Assembly (NCBI GenBank): GCA_951406725.2
Contig: OX597818.1
Span: 8,618,001 to 8,682,000 of the forward strand
Reading direction: 5' to 3'
Source: Octopus vulgaris
Taxonomy: Eukaryota
Length of the DNA: 64,000 bases
Below the pieces are notes generated by a model that did no database searches, was not told where the DNA came from, and saw only the letters and a program-made list of their open reading frames with translations. The position numbers were made by a program, and so were the translations under genes. Positions 25,852-40,771 of this stretch are shown here, in pieces (the stretch's first letter is position 1; the number at the start of each line of letters is the position of its first letter).

Positions 25852-26847
25852 TCTTTATATATATAAAACTGAGAATGTGTGTGTGTCTGTCTGTCTGTGT
25901 GTTTCCCTAAAACTTGAGAACTTCACAACCAATTTCATTCAAATTTACACATGCCTTACTTAGGGTCCATGTAGTTTCATGGCAAAAAAAAATGTTCAAC
26001 TTCTTGCCTAGAGCGAGCCCATAGCAATATCATATCTTCTCCACTATTTCAGTATTACGTATTAAAAGTGAAACAAAAATATTTCTCTATTTTATGTCAG
26101 ATACTTTCACTTTAACAATAAAAATAATAATAACAATTGAATTATAAGTGGTAAGTAATAATTAAAATCAAACTAATGTATAATACAATGACTTGAACTT
26201 GAATAAGTGGTTTCACATGAATGGGAATAAATTAAAAATAAAATTAGCGTGCAGAAATGGAATAGTCCAGATGGATAATAAAAAATTAAATTAAAGAAAA
26301 GACTATTGTCTATAAAGTATACAATGTAGAGAAAAAAAAGATTTGATCACATGGAGGAAAGCACCTTCGAAATGTGTCTTGGTCCGACTATGAAAGATAT
26401 CTAATCAGAGGCGGTAAATTCGCCACAATAGAAGCAAGGTTCGAGTCAACGGAGCGTACAAGGGAGTATTCGACTCGAACTTGCAAAGTGGAAATATTTA
26501 TTTTTACCTTTATATCTGGGACGAAGGACGTCCCGGAAAAAAATTTTAAATGCCCCCATCCCCCCCACCCCGAAGTAGAGGTAGGCTGGATTGTAGCCAG
26601 ACTTCTATACAACAGGGAGGACAAGATACAATTGATCGAAATTACAAGAGACGGGCTAACAATTCCAGACTGTTATATATTTTGAGTATTGTTATCACTA
26701 TCGATATCAAGATATAACTTTGTAATTTGTATTTTATGTGTAGATGTATATATATATATAGATGTACATGTAATATATACTCATATATATACACATATAT
26801 ACATGCACTAGCACTATGACCCGGCATCGACGGGTCTTTAATGCTAG
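25852..26847 (+). mobile_element. Non-autonomous Helitron
   Basis: A|TCTTTATATATATAAAA 5' end, (GTCT)n near the 5' end, subterminal hairpin GACCCG-GCATCGA-CGGGTC, 3' CTAG|T; inserted between A and T without a TSD. Confidence 0.8.
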
Positions 26848-26999
26848 TATCTATATATACTCTTTTTTTATACGCTTCTTTAATATCTTCAGGTAATCAA
26901 AGACTCACACACATAAGAAAGAATATATACATATACCTGAAACAAAACAAAACCAAGAGAAGAGAAGTAAAAAGAAGAAAAAAAACATGGTGATTAACC

Positions 27000-29900
27000 A
27001 GCAGACTTGCAACAAATGAAACTGGTCTGATAAGGAAATTGAATTCATAATAAGCACATGGTTTTTCCCTCTCCCGAACAGAAACCATAGAGACTTCGTG
27101 TCTAAATGAGATTGACGACAAAAAAAAAAAAACAGCGCAAATACTCAACACGTAAACGATTAGGCAGATTCGCAGCGAACTAAAACACATCCAAGTTTAA
27201 TTCAACGTAATTCAGAGTCATTTTGAAAAACTCCGATATATTTTCTCTTTAAAATTGGTCAAGTACAACAACGACAAAAACAGCCAGAAAACCATGAACA
27301 GCAACAACTAGCAAAACAACAGCAGCCAGGATATCATGAACAGCAACAAGCTAAACGACAAAAGCAACAGCCAGAAAATCAGAAACAACAACAGCACAAC
27401 AACAGGGAGAGACTCTCCTAAATTCAAGCATAATAGCTGATTTACTGAACGATAGTCTCTCTACACATGTCTCTCACTCACCACTCTCACAGCAGCCACC
27501 ACAATTATCATAGTTGTTATCTTCATCGTCATCACCAACGCTGCCACCATCATCTTCTACCACCTCAAATACTAAAAATAAACCACTGCTTTCTCCCCCC
27601 CCCCCCACATCGCCATCTCACTCCACTGTAGTATTAAAAAAAGCCCAAAATTTATGAAGTGGAATGTGTCCCCCACGACACTAACAAGAAACCACAAAAT
27701 ATGCCGTTATTTCCTTACTTTAGAGGCTCTGCACAAACACGTAGTGACTGCATCTTTACACATCTCTCTGGCACTAGACGCACATTCCAAACAAACACTA
27801 CCAGTCAAGACCAAAACACGCATCCCACAATAACATCAACACCACCAAATAGTAATTTGAATGTTAAAACACGCATGACACAGATCCCAGAATCTGCCGG
27901 TATTCCCAACGCGAGAAACTATGTCTGTTGCGTAACTGCTCCTTCACTTATCTTCCAGAGAATCGACGCATTAACAAAAATGGGGCGCCAAGCCACCACA
28001 TAAACCACAGTAAAAACAATACCTACCGCAGCTGGCCCAACAACAACAACACTACAACAGTAACAAAATCTACAAGAGTGCCAACGGCAACCCTATCCAA
28101 CAGTGCAAACCCACCTCCAGTCAAAAACTGCTTCCTATGCAGGAAAACTTTTTTTAACCACGTTAAACCTTACAAAAGAGATGCAAAAAAACCTTTTCGC
28201 AATCTCACAATAACATCCTATGCTATTACCCAAGTGCACCAACTTCCCACATTGCTTTCACTAACACACAATCAGAAAAAAGTCCCCTGCAAAAGTCAAA
28301 ACCCACCACTACGCTAGCCTCCACATTTCTACTCAATGCGCAAGGTGCCATTCCCTCCAGCAATGCACAAAATGGAAGATCCAATTCATTGAGGATTGGG
28401 TTGGTAAACATCTACACCACTTTAGACCGTGTATTTAGTAACCACACTGACACAGTACTCTATATTTCAGTGGAAAAAAAAACTTCTTTCATATCATAAC
28501 ATAGTTCTCTGTAACCTGAGATTCCACTAGCCGAAAGCTAACCCTAGTGATCTCTCTCCAGCCCACCCATTTGATACCATGGATCTCTATGATGCCAACT
28601 AGGAAGCAATCATAAACTATCTATCACATGTTGACTGGTCTTTTATACATGCACGCACCTCCTCCAGCATCAAAATATCATGGCAGAAATTTGTAGACAC
28701 TGTCACGAACAAATGTGCTAAGCACACACCCACGAGAACTTGTGAAGAAAACTAAGTGCAGAATTCCCCAAAACAGTAAAAAAAACATTATCAGAAAAAT
28801 GAAAATAACAACCAAAAACATTAACAAGCTGAACTACTGCCAACATCCACACATAAATTTCACGGCTATAACTCTGCTCGAATAAAAAAATATATATAAC
28901 CTCCAACCATGCATGGAAACCATCACCAATAACCGAAGAACAGTTTAGGAGAAATGGGCCGCTGAGAAAATCAAACTCAACCTCGAAGTGTTCTCTTTTG
29001 CTTAAATACACAAGGTCACTGTCTCCACTGTTGGCCCTCTAACTGATGAAAATCTCCAAGATAATGTCAAACTCACGAGTGAGATACTACAGAAACGGTA
29101 CTGCTCTGTTTATGGACGATTTGGATTGTATCAGTGATGTTAATCCTCAACACACTGTATCATACTTATCGTTTGGCGTCCCTGCTGTCTTAGCGGCAAT
29201 TAACGAAATTTAGTAGACTTCAGCAGTGGGGCCTGATAGGTTCCCTCTTTGTGACATGAAGATGTGCCGCCACCAAGTAGCATCTACTCTTGCTGAACTG
29301 GGAGGGGGACTTACTGGATGCTGGTTATATTCCTGAGAACTTTCGATCCCGGCCTGTTGTCCCAGTTTTCAAAAGGGCAACAAATCACTTTGCAGTGAAC
29401 TACCGGCTGATCTCGCTCACCTCTCATATCATGAAGGTATTTGAGAGGGTTGTGAGATTATGAATAAACTTCTTTCTTGAAAGGAACAGACTGCTGAACC
29501 CCAAACAACATGGGTTCCGTAATGGAAGGAACTGCCTAACGCAGGTCCTGCATCATCTTGATGACATATTGAAAGCTTTGAGAGATTGCTTGAATACTGA
29601 TGTCATCTACCTTGATTTCAGCAAACCCTTTGACAGGGTGGATCAAAATATCCTCTTGAAAAAACTATCCAACTGTGATGTCTCTGGGAAGTTACTACAA
29701 TGGATCAAATGTTTCCTGACTCGCCAAACCCAAAACGTTGTGGCCAAAGGAATATAATCAAACCCAGCGAAAGTCAGTAGTGGTGTTCCACAATGCACTG
29801 TGTTGGGCCCACTCCTTTTCATCATCTATATCAATGACATTACTGACATCATCTAGCATAGTAACATAAGAATCTTTGCAGATGATTCCAAGATGCAGAA

Positions 29901-30747
29901 GGTGACATTCAATGGGCTGAAAAGAATAATATGCTGCTGAACGAGGAAAAATTTGAGATAATCCACTTCGGAAAAGAGGATACCCTGAAACTATCATACT
30001 CCTTTCCTTGAGGTAAAACTCTCATGGCACCAAAGAACATTAGAGACTTGGGAGTAATTGTGAATAATATAAGCTGGGCCGCTCATATACACAGCTAAGT
30101 TGACATGGCCTGCAGAACGTGTTCCTGGATTCTTAGAAACTTCCAGTCGAGAGATACCCACACCATAATTCTTCTCTTCTCCACTTTTACCCGACCTCAC
30201 CCCCAACACTGTTGCCTACTATGATCTCCCCACACGAAACACAATATCAAAATTGAAGCAACTCAAAGGTCAATTACAAAAATGGTAGATGGCATGACAG
30301 CCATTGACTATTGGGGTCGACTAGAAAATATCATGCTTTATACCTTCCAGCGCTGCCGTGAGCACTACATCATGTGCATGATGTGGAAATATTCCATCAG
30401 CATTGCCAAAATGATGTTGCCATCGCCTTTTAAGATACACTGAAAACATGGACCCCCTGCTATCCGCCCACAACATAAAACATACTCGCATCACACAACA
30501 GCAATAGGGCACAATTATTTTACCTCAATTGGTCCTGCTTTCTTTAACATAACACCAAAAACACATTACAGCAGAAACAGACCCCATTAAGTTTAAGTCT
30601 TTGGACAAATTCCTTAAAAATATCCCGGATATGTCTCCGCAAACATTAACTCTTTCCTCAAGTTGTCCGATTCCTGATCTGAAGGACTTTGCCAGACATG
30701 GCCTGGGCCAATATTGGCTGAAACCTAAACAAAGTATCAAAGTATTT
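27000..30747 (+). mobile_element. Old degenerate CR1-group LINE (putative ORF1 remnant + ORF2 remnants)
   Basis: Broken RT motifs AVGPD, NYRLISLTSHIMKVFERVV, QHGFRNGRNCLTQ, DVIYLDFSKPFDRVD, SGVPQCTVLGPLLF and IFADDSK (29220-29900). The 3' end reads CATGGCC...GGCTGAAAC plus an (AAAGTATC)-like repeat. 5' boundary uncertain. Confidence 0.8.
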
Positions 30748-30755
30748 ATATATAT

Positions 30756-30829
30756 ATAAATTAATGGCATATATATACATATAATATATGCATATAATAT
30801 ATCCACATACATATATACACGCTTATATA

Positions 30830-30869
<40 letters not shown>

Positions 30870-30930
30870 CTTGTATATATGTGTGTGGATATATTATATG
30901 TATATATATATATATATGCCATTAATTTAT
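30756..30930. repeat. Palindrome (~70-bp arms) centred on a (TA)n tract
   Basis: ATAAATTAATGGCATA...ATATATCCACA...GCTTATA / TATAAGC...TGTGGATATAT...TATGCCATTAATTTAT. Confidence 0.8.
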
Positions 30931-31536
30931 TAAGTGCCTACCGCACTGAAGATTGAAGGCTTCCGTGTTTTTTGTATCGTCTTCTAAATGTTTTGCGTTC
31001 TTGTCCCAGTTTGTATTTTTTTACATATACATATATATATATATGATTGATTGATTGATTCTAGTTTCAGCTCACGAGCTGTGGCCATATACAGATAAGG
31101 ATTTGGCAGTATTATAGTAGAATAAATATTTTAGATAATGTCTAATTTCAGTTTAAAAAATCTTGAAGGAGAAACACCAGCACAGATGTTATGAGAGATT
31201 TCCCAAATAATTAATTTTTGAAGGATAATGACTTACTGCACGTACAATGACCAATGTTGCGTTGAAAATGTTTCAACAATTACTGCATTCATACATCGAT
31301 CCAGTTCTCTATCGAAAAGAGTGAAAGGCAACTTAATATTTTCGGCATCGCGATAATTAAAGGAAGCGAGATGAATAAATCTGATGTCTGCAGCAAAGAG
31401 ACGAACACTCACCAATATTCAGATTTTACAGTTTGGCATTCAACTCTCATTAGAAGAAAGATTCTATTCAATACTGAAGAACATGTATGTATGTATGTAT
31501 GAATTACGTACGTATATATGTATGTACCTCTCTCAA

Positions 31537-31621
<85 letters not shown>

Positions 31622-31848
31622 TTAAAATGAGTTGGAAAAGTACTTAGATCGCTTTGCTGCCATAGGAATAAAATGTAAGACAATAGACTAGTGCATAGTC
31701 GACATAAAAAGCTCATAAATGCATAATCTTTCAAGTTATTTACACTTACACATACACGCGCGCACACGCATATATATAGATGTATATGTATGTATATACG
31801 TACGTGCGTGTATATATATATTTGTATGCACACACAAATATATGTATA

Positions 31849-31924
<76 letters not shown>

Positions 31925-32814
31925 CGCATACAAATATATATATATATATGTATGTATGGTATTCTTTACGCATGCAACGCCTCTTGCTGTTTTTGCAAAC
32001 AATAATGTCCTTATATATATTTATATATATATAAACACACACACACACACAAACACGTACACACGCACGCACACACACACATACACACACATATATATAT
32101 ATATATGCATTTAACCAAACGTAAATGAGCGACTGTTAATAGCTGAATAGCAGTCACAACAGGGAGTGTATAATTTCAATTAAAGTAATGTCTATTCTTA
32201 TTTTCGAATATGTCAAATCAATAACGAACTGTTTTCTTTATTGCTCAAACTCTATCTTTCTTTAGTCCAATTAACATTTCTTCCTATCGTGTATTTGTAT
32301 TCTCTATATATGGTGATTGTACCAATTGTATAATGGCGCTAGTACTGTTCGTTAAAATAGATAATGCTGATAGTGTGCCTGATTTAATTTAGGTCAATCA
32401 GCTTCAGAAGAATATATGAGATTTGGGGCTAACTGGCACTTTTCTGAGAATAAGAAAACAACGATAGGTATTCTATAGTACGTACATGAATGAAATAATG
32501 AATTTGTAAGGTACTTTCCGCACAAAGGTGCGCCCGCATTCTCATACTAATGCATGAACGTGCTGTGTGTGTGCTTAATTATGTTGAACGTTGTTTGATG
32601 GTTTCAATTTTTCTCGAAGCCTAAAGAGCAGTGAAAGACGGTCTATCACACATATTAATTTTGCCGCGACTTTTTCACTTTACGTACAGTGCCTGATCTT
32701 TACTGAACGTCAAGTGATATATTCAATAAGTATGTCCTCTTGTTATTTTGTTGTGTCAGTTTTAATGTTTGATTGTTAATGTTCATACTTTAACGTTCAA
32801 TTTGACTCTCTCCT

Positions 32815-32917
<103 letters not shown>

Positions 32918-32954
32918 GGAGAGAGACACACACACACACACACAATAAAAATGC

Positions 32955-32992
<38 letters not shown>

Positions 32993-32996
<4 letters not shown>

Positions 32997-33241
32997 AGGT
33001 TAGGAGATGATGTACAGGTATTTTATATTAGAAGATATTTATTTGTATATTACATGTTTTTATACAACATATAACTTAGATAATGTATTAGCGCTTTCTC
33101 CCATTAGCGGGGTTTTCAAATCAAACTAAGTTCCTGTGTGAAAAGTTTTGACCATTTTATAGTGATATTGAGTTTGTAGTAGTGGGGAGGATTATAAGAC
33201 AGTACAAGAGGGTGATGGATGAGGAGAAAGTAAGAGAAAAA

Positions 33242-33284
<43 letters not shown>

Positions 33285-33790
33285 TTTGTATTTGGAATGA
33301 GTGCTAAAGAAAAAGAGGGTAAGGGAGAAGGAAGAAGAAGAAAATAATTTTTGTGCTCTGCTGGACAGCATGCTTACTCCAAGGGGGGTTCTAAGATCTT
33401 GGGGAAAAATAATTTCAGTTTTGACCATTTCATAATGTTATTGAGTGTGTGGTGGCGGGGAGGTAGACCATAAATTATATTTCCCTTTTATCATTGTGAG
33501 AAAGAGAGTGTGTGAATGTGTGTGTTTAATGAGGGATGGTCAAATGTTTTTTGGGATTTATAGTAGAAGAATTACTTTTATTATTGTTTTGTGGAGGTGT
33601 GTGTGTCTGTGTGTGTGTGGGTGGATGTCTGTGAGTTTGGAGAAGGGAAGAAAGGAGAAGAGGAAAAAAAGGAGAAATAATTGTGTTGATATTTATAACA
33701 CTATATATATATATACTAAATGCTCCACTATATTCAATTGTAAATTGAAAGATTTGTCCTTCAATGTATGATGAGTAAAATATCATAAAG
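32993..33790 (-). mobile_element. Probable PLE 3' region/pLTR remnant with decayed hammerhead (33073-33132)
   Basis: Minus strand AACTTAG...TTGAAAA-CCCC-GCTAAT-GGGA-GAAA-GCGC-TA...CTAAGTT; ends in (TA)n. Confidence 0.4.
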
Positions 33791-34279
33791 TCTATACTTG
33801 AAAAAGAGTCTCTCTTGTGTTGAAGTTACCAATGGCAGAATGCAAACTGACAACTGCTGTGTCTGTTGTCTGATCTTCAATTGATTTAGTCTAATATCTC
33901 ACTGATTAAATAAATATTAAGTCATACAGGAGCAACTGGTTCCACAAATTAAAGTGAAATGATTTCAAATATTAGAATATCCTTTGTTCAATACATACAT
34001 ACATACATATATAGGCCCCTTACCACATATTTCCGGATTCAGTACCACAATATCACAGCTTCTACTAGTATTTAGTAATTAAATCTAGGGCTGGCCAATG
34101 TATTGTCAGTGGATATGTTAGATAAGAACTGAAAGAATGTTGTCATACCCATTTACACACAGACACACACACACATAAGTATCGATTCGTTCGATAAAAA
34201 AATTTGAAGGTGATGCAACAACTACATGTCGACAAAATTCGAGAATGAGTAAAAGAAAAGAAAAAATATTGAAACGCAA

Positions 34280-34354
<75 letters not shown>

Positions 34355-34747
34355 CTAGGAGTATCGCCCGGCGTTGCTCGGGTTTGTAAGGGAAATAATT
34401 ATATAAGCATTTTTAGAGATGTAAAGTATAATAGCCATCTCAATATGGCTAACCACAAAAGGGGAGGGTGTTACTGTAGCTTTTTACGTTCTGAGATTTA
34501 ATAATAAATTTTAGAGAGTTACTTCCCTTATATATGTCAAAAATGGATTAAAAATGGGAAAAATTGATGGTAATTTTTTTTTAAATCGTAGACTCATCGT
34601 AGACGCGCGCTAATACCCAGACGGGCTCGATATGAATCACGACTATAAGATACCCGGTTTTGGTTAAACTGCACCGCAAAATGTGGGAGTAGTTAGGAAT
34701 CTAAATCGTAGGAGACAGACACACAACCTCACTTTTATATATAAAGA
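34355..34747 (-). mobile_element. Non-autonomous Helitron
   Basis: Minus strand starts A|TCTTTATATATAAAAGTGAGG and ends CCCGAGCAACGCCGGG...CTAG|T. Confidence 0.82.
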
Positions 34748-34905
34748 TTTCCTCTATTTACATAATATTGAGGTTTCTTTCTTTCTTTTGTTATCTTACT
34801 GTTTTTACCAATATACATATATATATATAAATATATATATAGTTACAGAGATGTACTTGCATAGCAAGTGACTTGATCTGAGATCGTGTGCTGGAACGAA
34901 AACAG

Positions 34906-35164
34906 TTGCAGCGTTGAAGGTGTTTATAAGCCATTTAAGAAACACACAAAAACCGTTAGATTCACTTCAACATTTAAATTTAATTTGTCAAAATATATTC
35001 GTCGCTTTGAGACCGCGACCTGTTAGCACGATATTTTTGTCAGTGAACAGGTCGCGGTCTCAAAGCGAGGAAAATATTTTGGCAAATTAAATTTAAATGT
35101 TGAAGTGAATCTAACGGTTTTTGTGTGTTTCTTAAATGGCTTACAAACACCTTCCACGCTGTAA
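34906..35164. repeat. Inverted repeat, ~119-bp arms and 21-nt spacer
   Basis: 34906-35024 is the near-exact reverse complement of 35046-35164, with a few mismatches. Confidence 0.92.
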
Positions 35165-35249
35165 TATATATATACACACAAATATATATATGTATGTATG
35201 TATGTATGTGTGTATATGTGTATGCATGTATGTGTGTGTGTGTGCGTGT

Positions 35250-35466
35250 CTGTGCTTGTGATTGTCCTCCACCACTGCTTGACAACGAATGTTGGTTTGT
35301 TTACATCCCTGTCAAATAGTGGTTTGACAAAGGAAACAGATAGAATAAGTACAATGCTTACAAAAAAAAAAAACTGGAGTTGATTCATTAAACTACAATT
35401 CTTCAAGGCATTGCCCCAGCATGGCCACAGACCAATGGCTTGAAAAAGCAGAAGAATAAAAGAATA
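35250..35466 (+). mobile_element. SINE 3' portion with CR1-like tail
   Basis: Ends GCCCCAGCATGGCCACAG...TGAAAAAG + (AAGAATA) repeats. Confidence 0.65.
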
Positions 35467-35519
35467 CATTCTCTGCTTTGGTCTTATGCTCAAGGCATGA
35501 GAAAGCTTGAGTTTACATG

Positions 35520-35865
35520 AGAAGGCCTAACAGACCTGGTAGAAACAGCAGCCAAATCTCCCTCAAATCACACCTCATTGTCTTATGTATGTATATATAT
35601 ATGAGCCAATGAGGGGGACCTCTACATGGTAGCTAGACCTGGTAGAAATAGCAGCCAAATTTCCCCCAAATCACACCTTACTGTCTTATCTATGTATATA
35701 TGTATGTATGAGCCTATGAGGGAGACCCCTACATGGCAGCTAGACATGGTAGAAATAGCAGCCAAATCTCCCTCAAATCACACCTTACTGTCTTATGTAT
35801 GTATATATATATATATACAAGCCACTACGGTTATTTAATGTAAAGTCTTCCTCAAATCACGCTCT
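35520..35865 (+). repeat. Tandem array of ~105-bp units
   Basis: GGTAGAAA(T/C)AGCAGCCAAAT(C/T)TCCC(T/C)CAAATCACACCT occurs three times, plus a partial fourth copy. Confidence 0.85.
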
Positions 35866-36304
35866 CACTATTTACTCTCTTCCAAGGACATTTTCACTCA
35901 CTCTTATCTCTTAGCTTCCCATACATTTTACTCATGTATCTATCAGCGTCATAGACAGAAACAAATATTACATCGCCATCGCCATCGCCATCGCATTCTA
36001 TTGTCAACCTGTAACACACAGTGAATTAGTTTCAGTTTATTCGTTGCACACTGTGTGTGTGCGTTTGCGTGTGCTGTAACCCAAACTAAGAAAAGCATTT
36101 GACATATACACCAGAATGTGAGTTTACTCTAAATTTTGCTTAATTGGGGTTGAAATTTTAAAAACCGGACCTGGCAAAACCCGATGCATTCTACTCTTAA
36201 AAATGCTAGGTAAATTGTAATTGAAGAAATCCTATATTGTAGATTTCTATAACTGACAAAGGGAGGCAGATAAAATCTGCCTTTTATAATAAGAGACATA
36301 TATA

Positions 36305-37148
36305 TATAAATTAATAAGAGGAATGCCCACTAAAGTGGATTTCTACGCGTCAAATCGCCTTGCCACAAACAGTGTGTTCTCAAGAAAAAATACCTGCAAA
36401 CGACAAAATGTAAAAGATAAGCAAAGCAAATGAAAATTTACAAATAAAACGATTACCTACGCATCAGGATTTCATTATTAATACTTGCAAAATGCAAGTA
36501 TCTGTAAATCCTCAGCGTAGCCTGTCGTATTTCAAAACATACTTCACAGAACTATACACAGAAACGTTATCCCAAAAGAAAACTCATGTATAGTTCTACA
36601 AAATATATTTGTAGTATTTTTCAAATGTCTTAATTTTGGCGCGCTAAACCCTGCAGATAATAAATTACCGCAGTTAATTTACCGGTTTGAGACCATTGCT
36701 ATTTTAAATTAAAATAATGAGGCTAGAAATTAATATCAATCAATTAACATCAATTTAAATCAGTGGTCTAGCATATTGAAAAAAATCCGAAGATTTAAAA
36801 ATGATATTACAATTAATAAGAGTAATGACCGCTAAAGTGCATTCCTATAAGCTAGAGATAGACGTCAAATTGCCTTACCGCAAAGAGTGTGTTCCCAAGA
36901 AAAAAATCCAGCAAACACCAAAATGTAAAAAGTAAGCAGGCAAATGAAAATTTACAAATAAAACCATTATCTACGTATCGTGATTTCATTATTAATACTT
37001 GCAAAATACAAAATGCAAAATGCAAGTATCTTATTAATTGTAATATAATTTTTAAATCTAATGATTTTTCTTCGAATATGCTAGACCACTGGTTTAAATT
37101 GATGTTAATTGATTGATATCGATTTCTACCCTCATTATTTTAATCTTA
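36305..37148. repeat. Composite duplication: direct repeat (36310-36503 / 36812-37032) plus inverted repeat (36705-36821 / 37029-37145)
   Basis: Direct blocks AATGAAAATTTACAAATAAAAC and GATTTCATTATTAATACTTGCAAAAT; inverted block CAGTGGTCTAGCATATT / AATATGCTAGACCACTG. Confidence 0.8.
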
Positions 37149-37172
37149 ACACACACACACACACATACACAC

Positions 37173-37251
<79 letters not shown>

Positions 37252-37257
37252 CAAAAT

Positions 37258-37319
37258 ATGATAGCAGGATGTTCACTCTCCGTTTGTAGACAGACGGAGA
37301 GTGAACATACTGCTATCAT
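37258..37319. repeat. Near-perfect 62-nt hairpin
   Basis: ATGATAGCAG-G-ATGTTCACTCTCCGTTTG-TAGA-CAGACGGAGAGTGAACAT-A-CTGCTATCAT. Confidence 0.9.
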
Positions 37320-37650
37320 GTTCTTAAAAATGAAATCAACCTCTCTGTCTATATATCTACCCTCTTTATAACGTTGGCAAATGAAATAGGGAAAAGAATG
37401 TGCTTTGTCCGTTTAACTGGAAAATTCTATAAGAGGCTGAAGATTGCTCGACATTTTAAAACTGATATAATACCTACAGTCTTTAATAAAATGAAGTAGC
37501 ATGAAACAATTGTACTACTCTACCTTGGATATACTTGTTGCTTATTTTGATTATAATCATCCCATTTGATTTCTATGGATAATGCCATACAAAATTCTGG
37601 TGCCTTTAACTTAAGTACCATATTCATCTGAATCTAAATTTTGCTGAACT

Positions 37651-37719
<69 letters not shown>

Positions 37720-38269
37720 ACATATATATATATGTATGTATGTATGCTATGCATATATATTTAGGTATATACACACACACATACACACACACACATATAT
37801 ATATGCATGTATCTATATGTATATATGCATATCTCTGTGTATGTATGCGTCTGAGCAGGAACACAAAAAAATTCGGCTAAGTATTATCTTGCTTTCAGCT
37901 TCTACTTTCTTTTCAATTTCTCTCAACAGTTGCAACAGCGAAAGCTGATTACGTCATTTTATCTAAATTGAAATGTTTACTTCCCACATACATATTTAAA
38001 TATTTTGCGTTTCAATAATAGTTCTTTGATTTTACACATTATCGAATTTGATAGACATAGAGCGGTACGTAAACTGATCCAAGCATTCTCTAGTGAGCCT
38101 TTCTTATTGATGTACTCGAAAAGAACCAGAATGACGGGTCGAAACATGTGTTGTTCTCAATAAAATCTATTACACATTTCATCTCCTATCTTATTACTAT
38201 TATCCCAACCGCCACTACGAATTTCCTGCAGTAGATCTACGGATAACAACAGGTAGCCTAAACTGTGCC

Positions 38270-39080
38270 GTTGCTTTACTCCTCCCTAAACACACTAAGC
38301 TTTCCATCCCTTATTCCCAATTGCACCGTCTACGCATGCTCTGTAGTGACGACAAGAATTTTGAAACTCAGTCTCGTCTCATGGCTCGCCACTTCATCCT
38401 ACAGGGATATCCCCTCACCACTCTCCGCCCCTGCCAGAGCACGTTCCGTGGACCGTACATCTGCTCTCTCCCGCACACCCTCCCCGCTGTCTCCCGTTTC
38501 CCGTTTCCTCTCACCTACCATCCCACCACCCCACTTCTCCAATGCAACATTCTCCGCACCTTTCGGGAACTCCAGTACGACCCCCCAATTTGCAATTTTC
38601 CCTAACCGGGCCACAGCCTACGAGACCTCTTGGTCCTCAGCTTATTCCCTAACGTTCCCTAACCCGGCTCGTTCCCCTGCTCCCAGCCATGCATCCGCAC
38701 TTGCCCTTACCTCTCCAACACTACCCTCCTCACAGGCACCCATCATCAACCCTATCATATCACCGACTCCTTCACCTGCACTTCTAGCTTTGCCAATCTA
38801 CTGCATCTCCTCACTCTCTCTCTCTCTCTCTCTTTCTGATCTTCTGTGTACATCGGGCAAACAGGACGCCGCTTGGCTGACCAGTTTGTGGAACACCTCC
38901 GAGACATCCGACTCGGCAACGACACCCCGGTCTAACGCCATTTCCGGTCTACCTGTCACATTCGTAACACCTTTCTGTGTTCGGATTGTCCTTGCACAGG
39001 AGTCATCCGGACTCCCGTCTTCATCGTGAACAGTGATTAATCTTCTATCTTCGTTCCTTTGCGCCAAATGGACTCAACTC
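38270..39080 (+). mobile_element. Penelope-like element remnant (Neptune-like RT C-terminus + GIY-YIG), degenerate
   Basis: 'HTKLSIPYSQLHRLRMLCSDDKNF', 'ITDSFTCTS', 'IYCIS...YIGQTGRRLADQFVEHLRDI'. Confidence 0.8.
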
Positions 39081-39401
39081 TTCTCCCCTCTTCATCTTAC
39101 CATCCTTCCCTTCTTTCTCTTCTTTTCACTCCTACCCACCTTCTCCCTTCCCCCTCCCTTTCCATCGTCACCCCTCCCTCGTAACCCCACTCCTAAAAAT
39201 CCTGCATCATCCCACCACTTACAACCATTCCTACAACCCTCATCTCTACCCCCACCCTCAGCATTACCCGCACCCCACCCTTGCTTTCCCCACTCTTTCC
39301 TACCGCGTCTCTTGTTTTTTTTTTTAATTCTCCCTATATATATGTATATACGTATGTATGTACTATATATGTTTGTATATACATATATATATATATATAT
39401 A

Positions 39402-39439
<38 letters not shown>

Positions 39440-39447
39440 TATATATA

Positions 39448-40771
<1,324 letters not shown>

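Noticed and set aside
35520-35865. CRISPR-like repeat-spacer appearance
   Set aside because: The intervening segments are similar to each other and the DNA is animal; an ordinary tandem repeat.
38265-39029. 254-aa Ser/Pro-rich ORF as a host gene
   Set aside because: It is an alternative frame over a decayed PLE; the recognisable motifs are in other frames.
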